Origin: an uncultured Acidimicrobiia bacterium
GTDB taxonomy: Bacteria; Acidobacteriota; Terriglobia; Versatilivoradales; Versatilivoraceae
Reading direction: 5' to 3'
Assembly: GCA_963786955.1 (NCBI GenBank)
Contig: CAWBAT010000008.1
Location: 256,001 to 320,000 of the forward strand
DNA length: 64,000 nt
The notes below the pieces were generated by a model. That model was not told where the DNA came from, made no database searches, and saw only the letters and a list, made by a program, of their open reading frames with translations. Shown piece after piece: positions 46,762 to 56,485 of the stretch (its first letter is position 1; every line of letters starts with the position of its first letter). A program made the position numbers and the translations under genes.

Positions 46762-46789
46762 TGGCATCCCTAGCGGGGTTTCAATCCGT
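46762..46789 (-). other. Degenerate tRNA 3'-end fragment (possible att scar)
   Basis: Minus strand ACGGATTGAAACCCCGCTAGGGATGCCA resembles a T-arm, acceptor 3' strand and CCA of tRNA-Glu/Asp type; no 5' half is visible. Confidence 0.35.
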
Positions 46790-47012
46790 ACTGAGCGGCA
46801 AATCGTGAATGTGCAACGGATTCCCCTTTTGTTGCAGGAATTTCTAAGGTAATTTAAGCGTTGTTTTAACCCCAGGCCAATGCTGAAAGCCAAACCGGCT
46901 CACTGCCGTCGAGATCGAGAAAAACAGGAGGCAGTGGGCTCAATCGTTTTGCAACAAACGGCGAGTCGAACAGTGGCCGTAACTATCTTCAAACTGACGG
47001 AGGATCCTACCC

Positions 47013-48005
47013 TTGAAGTCTTTCATCTCTGCTTGTCTCGTCATCTTATTGGCCACTTATAGCATTTCGGCTGCCGAGTATCCACAGGCCGAAATTTCGA
47101 ATTCAGTCATTCAGGCTAAAGTCTATCTGCCGGATGCGCGTGAGGGATTTTACCGGGGAACTCGCTTCGATTGGTCCGGCGTCGTCTCGACCCTCATTTG
47201 GAACGGCCACAATTATTTCGGGAATTGGTTTGAGAAGCATGATCCGACGCTGCACGATTCCATCAGCGGACCGGTGGAGGAATTCCTTACGGATAAGGCT
47301 GCGTTGGGCTATATGGAAGCAAAGCCGGGGGAACCGTTCGTTAAAATCGGCGTGGGGGCTCTCCGCAAACCGAACGAGGCAAGCTACAGCTCGTTTACGA
47401 CTTACGAGATATTAAATCCGGGGAAGTGGAGCACCAAGAAGGGGTCCACTTGGGTTGAATTTATTCAGGAATTCCCGGATACATCAGGCTACGCCTACAT
47501 CTATCGCAAGAAGATATGGCTCAAAAAGGGTAAACCCCTGCTCGTCTTGGAACACACGCTCAAGAACACCGGACGGAAGGTCATCGACACAAGTGTCTAT
47601 GACCATAATTTCTTCATGCTGGACGCACAACCTTCCGGTCCGGATTTCGTCTTGAAGTTTCCATTTGATCTGCATGCAACCGAAGACTTGAAAGGCCTGG
47701 CTGAAATCCGCGGCAAGGAACTGGTCTATCTTCAGGAGTTGCAGAAAAATCAATATGTCTATACTCACCTGGAGGGATTTGGGTCGAGCCCCGCGGATAA
47801 CGATATCCGGGTCGAGAACCGCAAGACGAAAGCCGGCGTGCACGTGAACGGAAACCGCCCGCTCTCGAAATTGGCGTTCTGGTCCAACCCGAAGCTCGTA
47901 TGCCCGGAGCCTTTCATCAACATGCGCATCGAACCCGGGAAGCAGTCGACCTGGCGAATCACCTATGAGTTTTACTCCGTTCCGACAGCAGGTCAGAGTC
48001 AATAA
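47013..48005 (+). CDS. Secreted hypothetical protein (possibly galactose mutarotase-like fold)
   Basis: Signal peptide, GFYRGTRFDWSG, YDHNFF, CPEPF; RBS GGAGG. Confidence 0.75.
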   Translation: MKSFISACLVILLATYSISAAEYPQAEISNSVIQAKVYLPDAREGFYRGTRFDWSGVVSTLIWNGHNYFGNWFEKHDPTLHDSISGPVEEFLTDKAALGYMEAKPGEPFVKIGVGALRKPNEASYSSFTTYEILNPGKWSTKKGSTWVEFIQEFPDTSGYAYIYRKKIWLKKGKPLLVLEHTLKNTGRKVIDTSVYDHNFFMLDAQPSGPDFVLKFPFDLHATEDLKGLAEIRGKELVYLQELQKNQYVYTHLEGFGSSPADNDIRVENRKTKAGVHVNGNRPLSKLAFWSNPKLVCPEPFINMRIEPGKQSTWRITYEFYSVPTAGQSQ

Positions 48006-48151
48006 GGTTTACATTGTTATGGAGCCCCCTCTTGGAAAAGGGGGGACTTGAGGGGGGTCGTCCCGGATTTGTAATTTTATTAATTGACTTTGTATTAATC
48101 GGAACCGTCGTCAATTCATGCTCAATGGATGAGTTTGCAAAAATGAGTAGT

Positions 48152-48197
48152 CCCCCCTCACCTCTGTCCCCTCTCCCGCGTTGGGGCGAAGGGAGCC
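48152..48197 (+). repeat. Dispersed CCCCTCACC...CCCCTCTCCC..GGGG..GGGAGC repeat
   Basis: CCCCCCTCACCTCTGTCCCCTCTCCCGCGTTGGGGCGAAGGGAGC resembles the joined flanks of the IS110. Confidence 0.5.
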
Positions 48198-48239
48198 GAT
48201 AATACTTTTGTTCTGTTTGTGGCCCGAAGGATCGTGAAC

Positions 48240-49170
48240 ATGACCCAGAACGCGATAGGCGAATTTCAGACAGCCAATCATCTATTGAACGATCTTGAAA
48301 AGCTGAATGCGACATTCGAGGAAGAAGGCTACCTTTTCTTTAGGAATGTTTTGGATTCGGCTGCAATCCTTAAAGTGAAGCAAGACTTTGTCCACGTGCT
48401 GCAGCAACAAGGAGTCGTCAAAGCCGGTGTGTCAGAACCGATCTGGACGGGTGCGGGGCTAGACCAGATTGATGATGACGCCCTCTATGCCCTGGATTCC
48501 TATCAGGAGCTACTCGATCGGAAATCAAGCCGGCTCTTGTTCGAACAGATCTTCGGCGAGCCGGTATTCATGTATCGCAACACCGACATCCGTTTCGCAC
48601 TACCTAAAGATGAGAAACATCTGACGCCATCCCATCAGGATCATTTTTTCATCCGACAAACCAACCATTTTCGAACGGCCTGGATACCCCTGATGAATAT
48701 TGAATCGAACGTAGGTGGTTTGACCCTGGCGGCACGTAGCCATCAGTCGGGGCTGCTGGAGCACGTGGAGCACGAGACGGCATACTCCTATATCTTTCGG
48801 GGAAGAAAACAGCGCGGAGTTCCTTTGGAGCGTATTCAGCAAAACTGGTTGACGGCGGACTATCGCCCCGGAGATCTCCTGATCTTTCATAGCCTGATGA
48901 TTCATCGAGCACTCCCGAACACTTCCGACAAGATACGGCTTTCGCTGGATGCCCGGTATCAGCCGATTTCTGAGCCAAGAACTTGGCAAGCAGGGAAGAC
49001 CATACTGGAGCTGCGCCAATACCGGCGGCAGGTTCGAGAGATTGCGCTTGCAGAAGGAGCCAGTGAGGAGCTTGTTTGAAACACTCTTGATCGAGATGAT
49101 GAAACAAGGCCTTGAGGCGCGGAAGGAGAATATCAGATCCCTCATGGAACAATTGAAGGTCAATGCCTAA
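48240..49170 (+). CDS. Phytanoyl-CoA dioxygenase (PhyH) family 2OG-Fe(II) oxygenase (frameshift near 3' end)
   Basis: FEEEGYLFFRNVL, HQD (HxD), WIPL, PGDLLIFHSLMIHRA..N...IRLSLDARYQP. Confidence 0.88.
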
Positions 49171-49241
49171 ACCCGCTGGAGAGGAGTTGCTGCAACAGAA
49201 AACAAATAGATCCCTGGCTGCTACCGAGGACCGTTTCTCTA

Positions 49242-51362
49242 TCATTTTTTCCCCGTGTTCTCCTCACTAACTGATTTCCCGGTGATATTGCGAATGGCGG
49301 CATTGGCGGACCAGCGGATGCGGGGATGCGCTTGAAGTTTTTGCAATACCGGCAATGCGGGAGACGCTTCTGGCCCGATGGCGCCCAATGCCACTGCAAG
49401 GCTTCTTAAGACATGCACCTGCTCACCCTCCACCTGGCAGGCCGTTATCAATGCCGGGAGCGCTACAATCGCTGCCTTTCCCTGCCGCTCAATTGCTTGG
49501 GCGGCCATCATTCGCACGTTGGGGTTTTCATCTTTTAATTTCACAATCAACTTACTCAGTGCCGACTCTGAACTCGTACCTGCGTTTCGCAGTGCAATGG
49601 CCGCCAATCCCCGGACAACGTGATCCGGATCATCTAAGGCAAGAACGAGTTGCGAGATTGCCTTCGAGGCTTGGTCTCCCAGCTGCGTCAATCCCCAAGC
49701 CGCTGCCTCGCGCACAGAGTCATCTCTGTCTGCCAAAGCCGTCGAGAATTGATCGATACTGGAAATGGCATCCAAACCTTGTTCTCCAATTCGGCGCAGT
49801 TCGTCAGCCCGCGGGTTATCTTCGCGTGGAAAAGAAGCTACTTTGGAAAGAATTAAGGTGTCGATCCCCAGGTAGTAATTAGAAGACCGGCTGTCTTTCC
49901 CAGTGCATACAAATGTGATGATATGAGGGCCTTTGCTGAGTTGTTCCCAGCCCAGGAGATGATTCTCGGCCACATAAAGTTCGGTATGGTAAAGATTCAA
50001 CCGGCTTTCTTCAACCATGTTGGCTCCCGGTTCGTGCTCCAAATTCAACGCCCCTAGAGGCTTTCCATCCAGAAGCGTTGTAAACTCTCCGTAGTCAGAT
50101 GAATGAGCCACCTGGGCAAGAATCTCATAAAGTCCATCTTCCTCAATATCAATAGGAATAAGAATCTTTGATCCAATTCCCTTGGCCCGAAAGAGAAGCA
50201 GGTCTCGGGACCAGAAAGCTTCCTTAAGGACTTCTGCCGATCCTCCTTCCATTTTCGTTCTGTCAAGGGACCGTTCGACTTCAACCTGACGGGCATTCCC
50301 ATGGGGCACCCTTGCCGCTCCATAGGGAAGCTGCGGCAGGCCCTGAGCGATTCCTTGCTGATACCAGAAGGCAACACTGCTAAAGAGATCACTCCTCCCC
50401 TCAAAGCCAGAACGTACGGTTCCATCAGCGTTATATGTCCAACCGGCAGTTTCAATTTCAAAGCGGAGAGAATGCTCAAAAGGAATAGGGTCGAGCAGAT
50501 GCCAGCGATAAGCAGTCAACCGTGCCCCGGTCCTGGTTCCATCTTCGGCAACAGGCACACCAGTATAAGGACCTTCGGAAATACGCAATCCCCAGGCATC
50601 ATTGAAATAATCTTCCGTTCCAGTGCCCTCAATGCTTGGTTTTTGATTGCCATCCACATAGAAGAACTCATCCCCTTCTCCAAACCAACCCGGCTCGGTC
50701 TGAACGACACTGAGTACTGTCCCCACGTAATGACCTTTTCCCTGGACAGACAAAAATTCATAAGGTCTCCCCTTCGGTTCTGGCCGCTTCTGCCGATAAC
50801 GGGCATGAAAATAGCCGATATTGGGAGGTAATGACTTTCGTTTCTGCCAATCGATGTGATAGTAGAAGTTGGAAACCCTCTCACGGCCTTCGTTGGTGAG
50901 AGTGATCTTGCAGGATTTGAGAAAGGGCATGGGCCAGTAGCCGTTTCTCGATCGGCCGTCCGAACTGTTACGGACCATCAATGAATTGAGAGGGCGCTCC
51001 ATGCCATGGCCAACAGCGAAAAAATCTCCCAAAGGACTATCGACGCTTGGCGTCGAGCTGCCATCATAGTAGACACGGAGACGCAAGAGGCGAGGCCAGC
51101 CATACTCAAAGGCCGCAACTGTGATCCAGATGTGGGTAATCATTCCGGGGCCCGTCAGGTCTGCCAACACGATGGTTTCCCCGGGGATGGGTCTCTTGCT
51201 ATCGTCATTGCTCTCAGGATCTGGGTTGTTGCTCGAAACCCGCAATGCCTGGAAATCTTTGCTTTCAGCCAATTGTGAGAAATCGGAAAAGACTTGTCCT
51301 TCGGCCGCTATGGATGAAAAAAGCAGAGTCAACAGGACTTTACCAGCCAGGCTAATCTTCAT
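49242..51362 (-). CDS. DUF2961 (GH172-like) protein with C-terminal HEAT repeats
   Basis: GPGMITHIWIT, PLGDFF, YWPMPF, GWFGEGDE, GTGTEDYFNDAWG, then VREAAAWGL-type HEAT repeats. Confidence 0.85.
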   Translation of the reverse strand: MKISLAGKVLLTLLFSSIAAEGQVFSDFSQLAESKDFQALRVSSNNPDPESNDDSKRPIPGETIVLADLTGPGMITHIWITVAAFEYGWPRLLRLRVYYDGSSTPSVDSPLGDFFAVGHGMERPLNSLMVRNSSDGRSRNGYWPMPFLKSCKITLTNEGRERVSNFYYHIDWQKRKSLPPNIGYFHARYRQKRPEPKGRPYEFLSVQGKGHYVGTVLSVVQTEPGWFGEGDEFFYVDGNQKPSIEGTGTEDYFNDAWGLRISEGPYTGVPVAEDGTRTGARLTAYRWHLLDPIPFEHSLRFEIETAGWTYNADGTVRSGFEGRSDLFSSVAFWYQQGIAQGLPQLPYGAARVPHGNARQVEVERSLDRTKMEGGSAEVLKEAFWSRDLLLFRAKGIGSKILIPIDIEEDGLYEILAQVAHSSDYGEFTTLLDGKPLGALNLEHEPGANMVEESRLNLYHTELYVAENHLLGWEQLSKGPHIITFVCTGKDSRSSNYYLGIDTLILSKVASFPREDNPRADELRRIGEQGLDAISSIDQFSTALADRDDSVREAAAWGLTQLGDQASKAISQLVLALDDPDHVVRGLAAIALRNAGTSSESALSKLIVKLKDENPNVRMMAAQAIERQGKAAIVALPALITACQVEGEQVHVLRSLAVALGAIGPEASPALPVLQKLQAHPRIRWSANAAIRNITGKSVSEENTGKK

Positions 51363-51865
51363 AGAGCCCTCGCAAAATGAGAAAAAGTACTGACAACCCT
51401 ATCCGATGGGGCATGGTTCGACCAGAGGTACCGCATCGGGTCTCGGGACTTTGTCAGAGTCGAATCACACACCCACTCAGATGGTGTACAACCGATATCG
51501 TGAGAACCCAATTCTATGCTGTTCTACATGAGTATGCCTATGAAAACCCAACTGCAATGAAGCAAATCTCGACCACACGTTGTTGAGGATTTTGGTCAAA
51601 CTGTTGAGAGAAGGGAAGCTCGGATTCGGTTGTCCTGAATTTGATTAAATGGACACAAGTTCGGAAAATATCTAGCCTGCATGTGGGAGAGGGAGCGTGG
51701 ATTAGGATGCCGCTTTTCTTGGCATTCTTAGCAGCCACATTTGATGGCGGATCCACCGCCGGGTGGCGAAGCCATGCCTTGTTGGCATGTCCTCATGTCA
51801 TGGAATTCGACTATGTCGGTTAGTTTAGCTGCGAGGTGAAGGATTCTGTCTGCGCTTGCTGAGTT

Positions 51866-53512
51866 CTAGGCTTTCGATGAGCGGACCTTTTCTTTTATGC
51901 GTTGAATGTGCCCACGGCCGAGGGCCTTTACTTCGCATCCAAGCTCGAAGTAACGGCTAATATCCGTATCTTCGAGGATTCCGAAGCAATCGACCACGGC
52001 GATGGGGCCCCCGGCCCATTTGACCACGTCGTCCGGTTTCAACTGCAAGTAGGGCGCATGGCGCACTGCCAGAATCAAGGCCTCTACCCCTTTGAGAGCC
52101 GCCGGCAGATCTTTCTGCACCCGCATGTTGACCAGGTCTTGCTGATTGCGGAAGAACCGGGACCAGGAATGGCCTGGTGCGGGGTAGGTGTCTTGGCTCT
52201 CCAGTTCGTACCAATGACTGACATACGGATCGTGGACAGACATCTCTGCACCCATTTCGGCGAGCTTGCGCAAAACCAGTTCGCTGCCGCTGTAACGCGT
52301 ATCCCCGACATCCTCGCGGTAACTTGCTCCGGCGAGGAGGACCCGCGCGCCGGCAATATACCTGCCCATGTTGCGTAGCGAGTCCCGTGTGAGCTCAGCA
52401 ACATGCAATCCACGGGTATCATTGATATCGATTGCAGCGGTGCTCATCTTGAAGACGCTATCACCGTCTTCAAAGCCCAGGATGTGCCGGTAGGCCCAAT
52501 AACCCAGTCCGCCGTCTTTGGGGAGACAATACCCGCCAATCCCGGGGCCGGGAAAGATGATGTTGCTGTGCGTCGGCCTCGTTTTGACAGCCCGGATGAC
52601 TTTCATGAGATCCACGCCATTCCGTTCAGAGAATATTGACCACTCGTTCAGGAATGCCAGAATGGTTGCGCGGTAGGAGTTCTCAACGATCTTGGTGGTC
52701 TCGGACTCAATCGGGCGATCCATCACCGTCAGCGGGAACTTTTCGACATTAAGCACTTCGTTTAGAAACTTAACGACCCGCTTTCTTGCCTCACTGTTGC
52801 AGCCCGAACAGACTCGCCAGAAATCGCGGATGCTGCTGACGTAATCCTTGCCCGGCATGACGCGCTCGAAGCTGTGGGCCAGCAGCGGCACTGCCTTGAT
52901 CCCGCGGGCATGGAACGCCTTTTTGAGAATTGGCCAAGCCACGAACTCCGTGGTGCCGGGAGCGACGGTTGTCTCGATAAGGACCAGGCATTTGGGTTGG
53001 ATCTTTTCACCAATGGTCTTTAGGGTGGCCTCAAGCGCTGCCATCTCGGCCTCCCCGGTTTTCATGGAGCCCAGGTGATGCTTGGTGTAATCACACTGAA
53101 CGTCCACCACGACGCAATCTGCCAAGGCCAGGCAGTCAGGATTATACGTAGCAACGAGTGTCTTCTTCTCCTGGACGCAGCGGGAGATCATCGGGTCAAC
53201 CTCAGGATCTTCGGACTTTACCGGTGACTCCCCGCGGTTGAGCAGCGGCGTCTTCCAGTAACTACGCGTACTGGGCCGCTGGCAGCCGATAACGAATTTC
53301 GTCGGATGGCCCTTCTTCTTGTGGACCGTGTCGGCCACAATCGCCGCCATCACTGCCCCGACAAAACCCAAACCCATCACGACCACAACTTCTTTGCCTT
53401 CCTTATGGGCGGCGGCGGCAAGCTTCTGGAGTCGCCTATACTCGACCGCGTAATCTTCCTTGGTTGGCAAGGCAAACTTTTCACCGCTCGGACTGATGGA
53501 ATATTCTGGCAT
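51866..53512 (-). CDS. UDP-glucose/GDP-mannose dehydrogenase family protein
   Basis: VMGLGFVG, IETTVAPGTT, TKIVENSYR, PGPGIGGYCLPKD, GASYREDVGDTRYS, HDPY. Confidence 0.92.
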   Translation of the reverse strand: MPEYSISPSGEKFALPTKEDYAVEYRRLQKLAAAAHKEGKEVVVVMGLGFVGAVMAAIVADTVHKKKGHPTKFVIGCQRPSTRSYWKTPLLNRGESPVKSEDPEVDPMISRCVQEKKTLVATYNPDCLALADCVVVDVQCDYTKHHLGSMKTGEAEMAALEATLKTIGEKIQPKCLVLIETTVAPGTTEFVAWPILKKAFHARGIKAVPLLAHSFERVMPGKDYVSSIRDFWRVCSGCNSEARKRVVKFLNEVLNVEKFPLTVMDRPIESETTKIVENSYRATILAFLNEWSIFSERNGVDLMKVIRAVKTRPTHSNIIFPGPGIGGYCLPKDGGLGYWAYRHILGFEDGDSVFKMSTAAIDINDTRGLHVAELTRDSLRNMGRYIAGARVLLAGASYREDVGDTRYSGSELVLRKLAEMGAEMSVHDPYVSHWYELESQDTYPAPGHSWSRFFRNQQDLVNMRVQKDLPAALKGVEALILAVRHAPYLQLKPDDVVKWAGGPIAVVDCFGILEDTDISRYFELGCEVKALGRGHIQRIKEKVRSSKA

Positions 53513-53830
53513 GATGGTCCTTTCTTAAGAAGATGCGTGAACGCTGCCCCCGGATGTAGTTGCGTTCCGAAACCGATACTTGAACACCCACGATGGGTGA
53601 CCATCGCTAGATCTAAAGTCTAGTGTGTTTGCCAATTCCGCGGGTGGAGCAGACATGCGCCGTTTGCATGTCTTTGTGTCCTTGCACTGTTGTACAGTCT
53701 TCCCATTCACGAGCCATTCGGTTGGGTGTCTCGCCGAAGCCACCGCACATTCGGCGTGCTCGGCGAGACACCCAACATTGACGAAATATTTGACGATCTC
53801 ATTGGGGGCAAAGGGGGTAGGAACTTGGCT

Positions 53831-54385
53831 CTATGCAGTTCTTCGACCCGGCCGGGAATCTGCATTTGCCTTGCTCTCATTAGAAGCGGAGTTAGAAACC
53901 CTATTTGTTTCGTGATGAAAATTTGATTCTGCCTCGACGCCAGTTCTGCCGGAACCTTTCGACTCTTGCGATGGATCCGGATCGGTTGACTCACTCGTGT
54001 TCTCATCCGGAGTGATTGACAAAGGCCCTTTTTTCTTGGCCCTATTTTTCCTTCTTCTTTCCTTAATCAAATCATTCTCAATCAGAACATCAATCACCTG
54101 GTGCAAATTGGTGTCCAGAACGACGCAAATATCTTTGATAGAGAGACCCTGATTTGCAAAGAGGTTACAGATGGTGCACTCGCGCTTCACCTGTGGATCC
54201 AACTCCCTGAGGTTCTCAGGCAAATTAAACTTGGTCTTCGTCTTCTCAAAGCCTTCTTTGGTGTAATCATCGGCGAAGGCAATGAGCATGTGCATCCAAA
54301 ATTTCCTGAAGATCTTGACGAACATCTTATCCATCTCCCCCAACAATCTACAGGCTATCAGTTTAACCCGGTCAATCAAGTCATT
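53831..54385 (-). CDS. Hypothetical protein, HTH-like (paralog of 63821)
   Basis: KRECTICNLFANQGLSIKDICVVLD is shared with the ORF at 63821. Confidence 0.7.
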   Translation of the reverse strand, partial: NDLIDRVKLIACRLLGEMDKMFVKIFRKFWMHMLIAFADDYTKEGFEKTKTKFNLPENLRELDPQVKRECTICNLFANQGLSIKDICVVLDTNLHQVIDVLIENDLIKERRRKNRAKKKGPLSITPDENTSESTDPDPSQESKGSGRTGVEAESNFHHETNRVSNSASNESKANADSRPGRRTA

Positions 54386-54881
54386 GAACGATAAAGCTGA
54401 GTGATTAAATCCGGTCCAGACACGGGTCCCGTATAATATATCAGCATGCCGGTCACCAAATTTTCGGAGCTACTTCGTATTTGTCTCAATTTCGAAATTG
54501 TTACATTGTTTCGATCTTTTTGCAAGCTCCATTCATCTTAAATACGCTTTTACTTCAATGACTTACAGAAAATCAGTCCCGACATTTTGGGAAAATAAAA
54601 GCAATAGGGAAAGACTTTTCCATTTTTGTCAGCGAGTATGCATAAACCTAAATATATCTTAATTTCTGCAAATTAATGGGAAAACGCGGAAATAAATTTC
54701 CATAATGTAATCGGCCGGGAAATGCCCTGACCATAGGGTTTTGGAGTCCTCGACGGGGTGGACATATCCTTCCTGAAGTTGCCGAGAGACAAAAACGCAC
54801 AAGAGACAGTGCGCCCACGCCCCCGCTCCACCTGAAAACCCTAAATGCTCCTGTTCATCAATACCCAAACGCATGATGCAC

Positions 54882-54977
54882 GGTAGGTACAGGCATCCTT
54901 GCCTGTCGAGCGATAGTTAGATTGAGGATTTGGCCTGCATTTGCGACCAGGTACAGGCAAGAATGCCTGTACCTACC
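54882..54977. repeat. REPIN-like inverted REP pair
   Basis: GGTAGGTACAGGCATCCTTGCCTGT ... ACAGGCAAGAATGCCTGTACCTACC. Confidence 0.8.
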
Positions 54978-55044
54978 TCTAACCTCGATTTGTTAGTGGA
55001 TGGTCGGCCGGAGTACGAACTGGTGCAAGTTGGTGTTATGGAGG

Positions 55045-55250
55045 TTAGGGCACAGGCACGCCCAACCCTTCTACGGGCAGGGTAGTTGTGAAAGGCGGAA
55101 GAGTCATGCTCCCGCCAGAGAGGGGAACGATAAAATCGAAGGTATAACCGGATATGCCAACCGGAACCATATCCGAGTTGTAACGGTTTGCGGACATGTC
55201 AGTCCCGTCATTCTTCTTGAAGGTAACGTTTACATGGGTCGTGGATAGCA
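55045..55250 (-). pseudogene. Orphan 3' fragment of tadE
   Basis: GYTFDFIVPLSGGSMTLPPFTTTLPVEGLGVPVP is nearly identical to the C-terminus of the 58988 TadE; no N-terminal pilin helix. Confidence 0.85.
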
Positions 55251-55488
55251 AATTGATAAGGTAATCACACGGGACGCTCCCTTGGAAAACAAAGTAGTGA
55301 ACATGTGGCATAGCCCGGTTCTTTCGGTGTAGGGATAATTCGGCACGAGTGACCGTGAAAAGCGAGTATAAAAATGTTCTGCTTGGGGGAGTAGCAGAAA
55401 ACTAATTAGGAAGCCTATGAAACTGTTGTTGAGGATAGCAACGTCGTGGGGGTCAGCAAAATTTCAGGACCCGGGCGGACATGACCGC

Positions 55489-55980
55489 CTAACTCGGAAT
55501 GACACCCATGCTTTCTGTATAAAGAGTAGTCTCGTAGGCTGGAACTGAAATGTTAGGGACAATAGGCACAATAAACTGGAATTGGTATCCATTAACGCTG
55601 ACAGAAACTTTTTGGTTTATGGCAACGCCGCTGCTGTCTGAATCGACAGTTACGATAGATACGTTCACCATTGACTTATCCAAACCTGGGACCGTTGGAA
55701 TCCCAGTGCTGATAAGAGGTGAACCATAGACAACCATATTCTTGGTTCGATCGATATTTGTTGCGTCACCATTGCTGCCTACATTAACGACTGCCCATCG
55801 AGCCCCGGCTCGGGTGGACTGTACGATGGAATTATAGGTCCATAAAGCCCGCCCAAATTCAATGATAGAGAATAGCAGGGTGAAGAAAAGCACAACCGCA
55901 AAGGCCATTTCGACCAGAGACTGTCCACGCTCACTTCGCAACCCCGAATTTTTGATTCCCCAGTTCATAACATACCTCAT
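55489..55980 (-). CDS. tadE: TadE-like minor pilin (cassette A)
   Basis: ERGQSLVEMAFAV prepilin motif, IIEFGR, RAGARWA. Confidence 0.9.
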   Translation of the reverse strand: MRYVMNWGIKNSGLRSERGQSLVEMAFAVVLFFTLLFSIIEFGRALWTYNSIVQSTRAGARWAVVNVGSNGDATNIDRTKNMVVYGSPLISTGIPTVPGLDKSMVNVSIVTVDSDSSGVAINQKVSVSVNGYQFQFIVPIVPNISVPAYETTLYTESMGVIPS

Positions 55981-55989
55981 TCCAAAACC

Positions 55990-56451
55990 TTAAGAAGTTG
56001 GAAATACAATTCGCCCCACAAACTGCATTCGAACACTCGGTCTCATGGTGATTGTGGCAGGCAATATCAGAGAAAACAAAGGCTGATATGGATAGGCCAC
56101 AATCACGTTTGTATACTGCTCAAATGCACTGACGAAAGTCTGCGTCACAGTCACCTGACTAGTTTGAAGATCTAGAATTTTCTTGGTTCCTGTGCCAGTG
56201 GAGTTTCCAAATACCACAACATTCTTGCTTTTGGTTAGTGCGGTTGCGTCCAACGTACCCGTAGAGCTAACCTCTGTCGTGGCAGCATACCGGGCGCCAT
56301 CTCTAACAGCTTTGGCCAAAATGTTGTAGGTGAAATAAGCCCTTCCAAATTCGATCGCTCCGAGCACTAGAAGGAGAAGCAACGGCAAGACTAAGGCGAA
56401 TTCGAGGAGTTCCGCTCCTCGTTCATTCTTGGAATTAACTTTTAGAGACAC
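55990..56451 (-). CDS. tadE: TadE-like minor pilin (cassette A)
   Basis: ERGAELLEFALVLPLLLLL, IEFGR, RDGARYA. Confidence 0.9.
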   Translation of the reverse strand: MSLKVNSKNERGAELLEFALVLPLLLLLVLGAIEFGRAYFTYNILAKAVRDGARYAATTEVSSTGTLDATALTKSKNVVVFGNSTGTGTKKILDLQTSQVTVTQTFVSAFEQYTNVIVAYPYQPLFSLILPATITMRPSVRMQFVGRIVFPTS

Positions 56452-56485
56452 GTTCCACCCTCCATCTGTCAGCCTTCTGATGAAG

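Noticed and set aside
46400-47000. Intact tRNA or riboswitch in the long intergenic gap
   Set aside because: No complete cloverleaf or recognisable riboswitch consensus; only a possible 3' tRNA fragment.
1-49170. Programmed frameshifting or mass pseudogenisation
   Set aside because: Single-base shifts hit many unrelated genes that otherwise keep intact motifs, which is most consistent with sequencing indels. Read polishing would confirm this.
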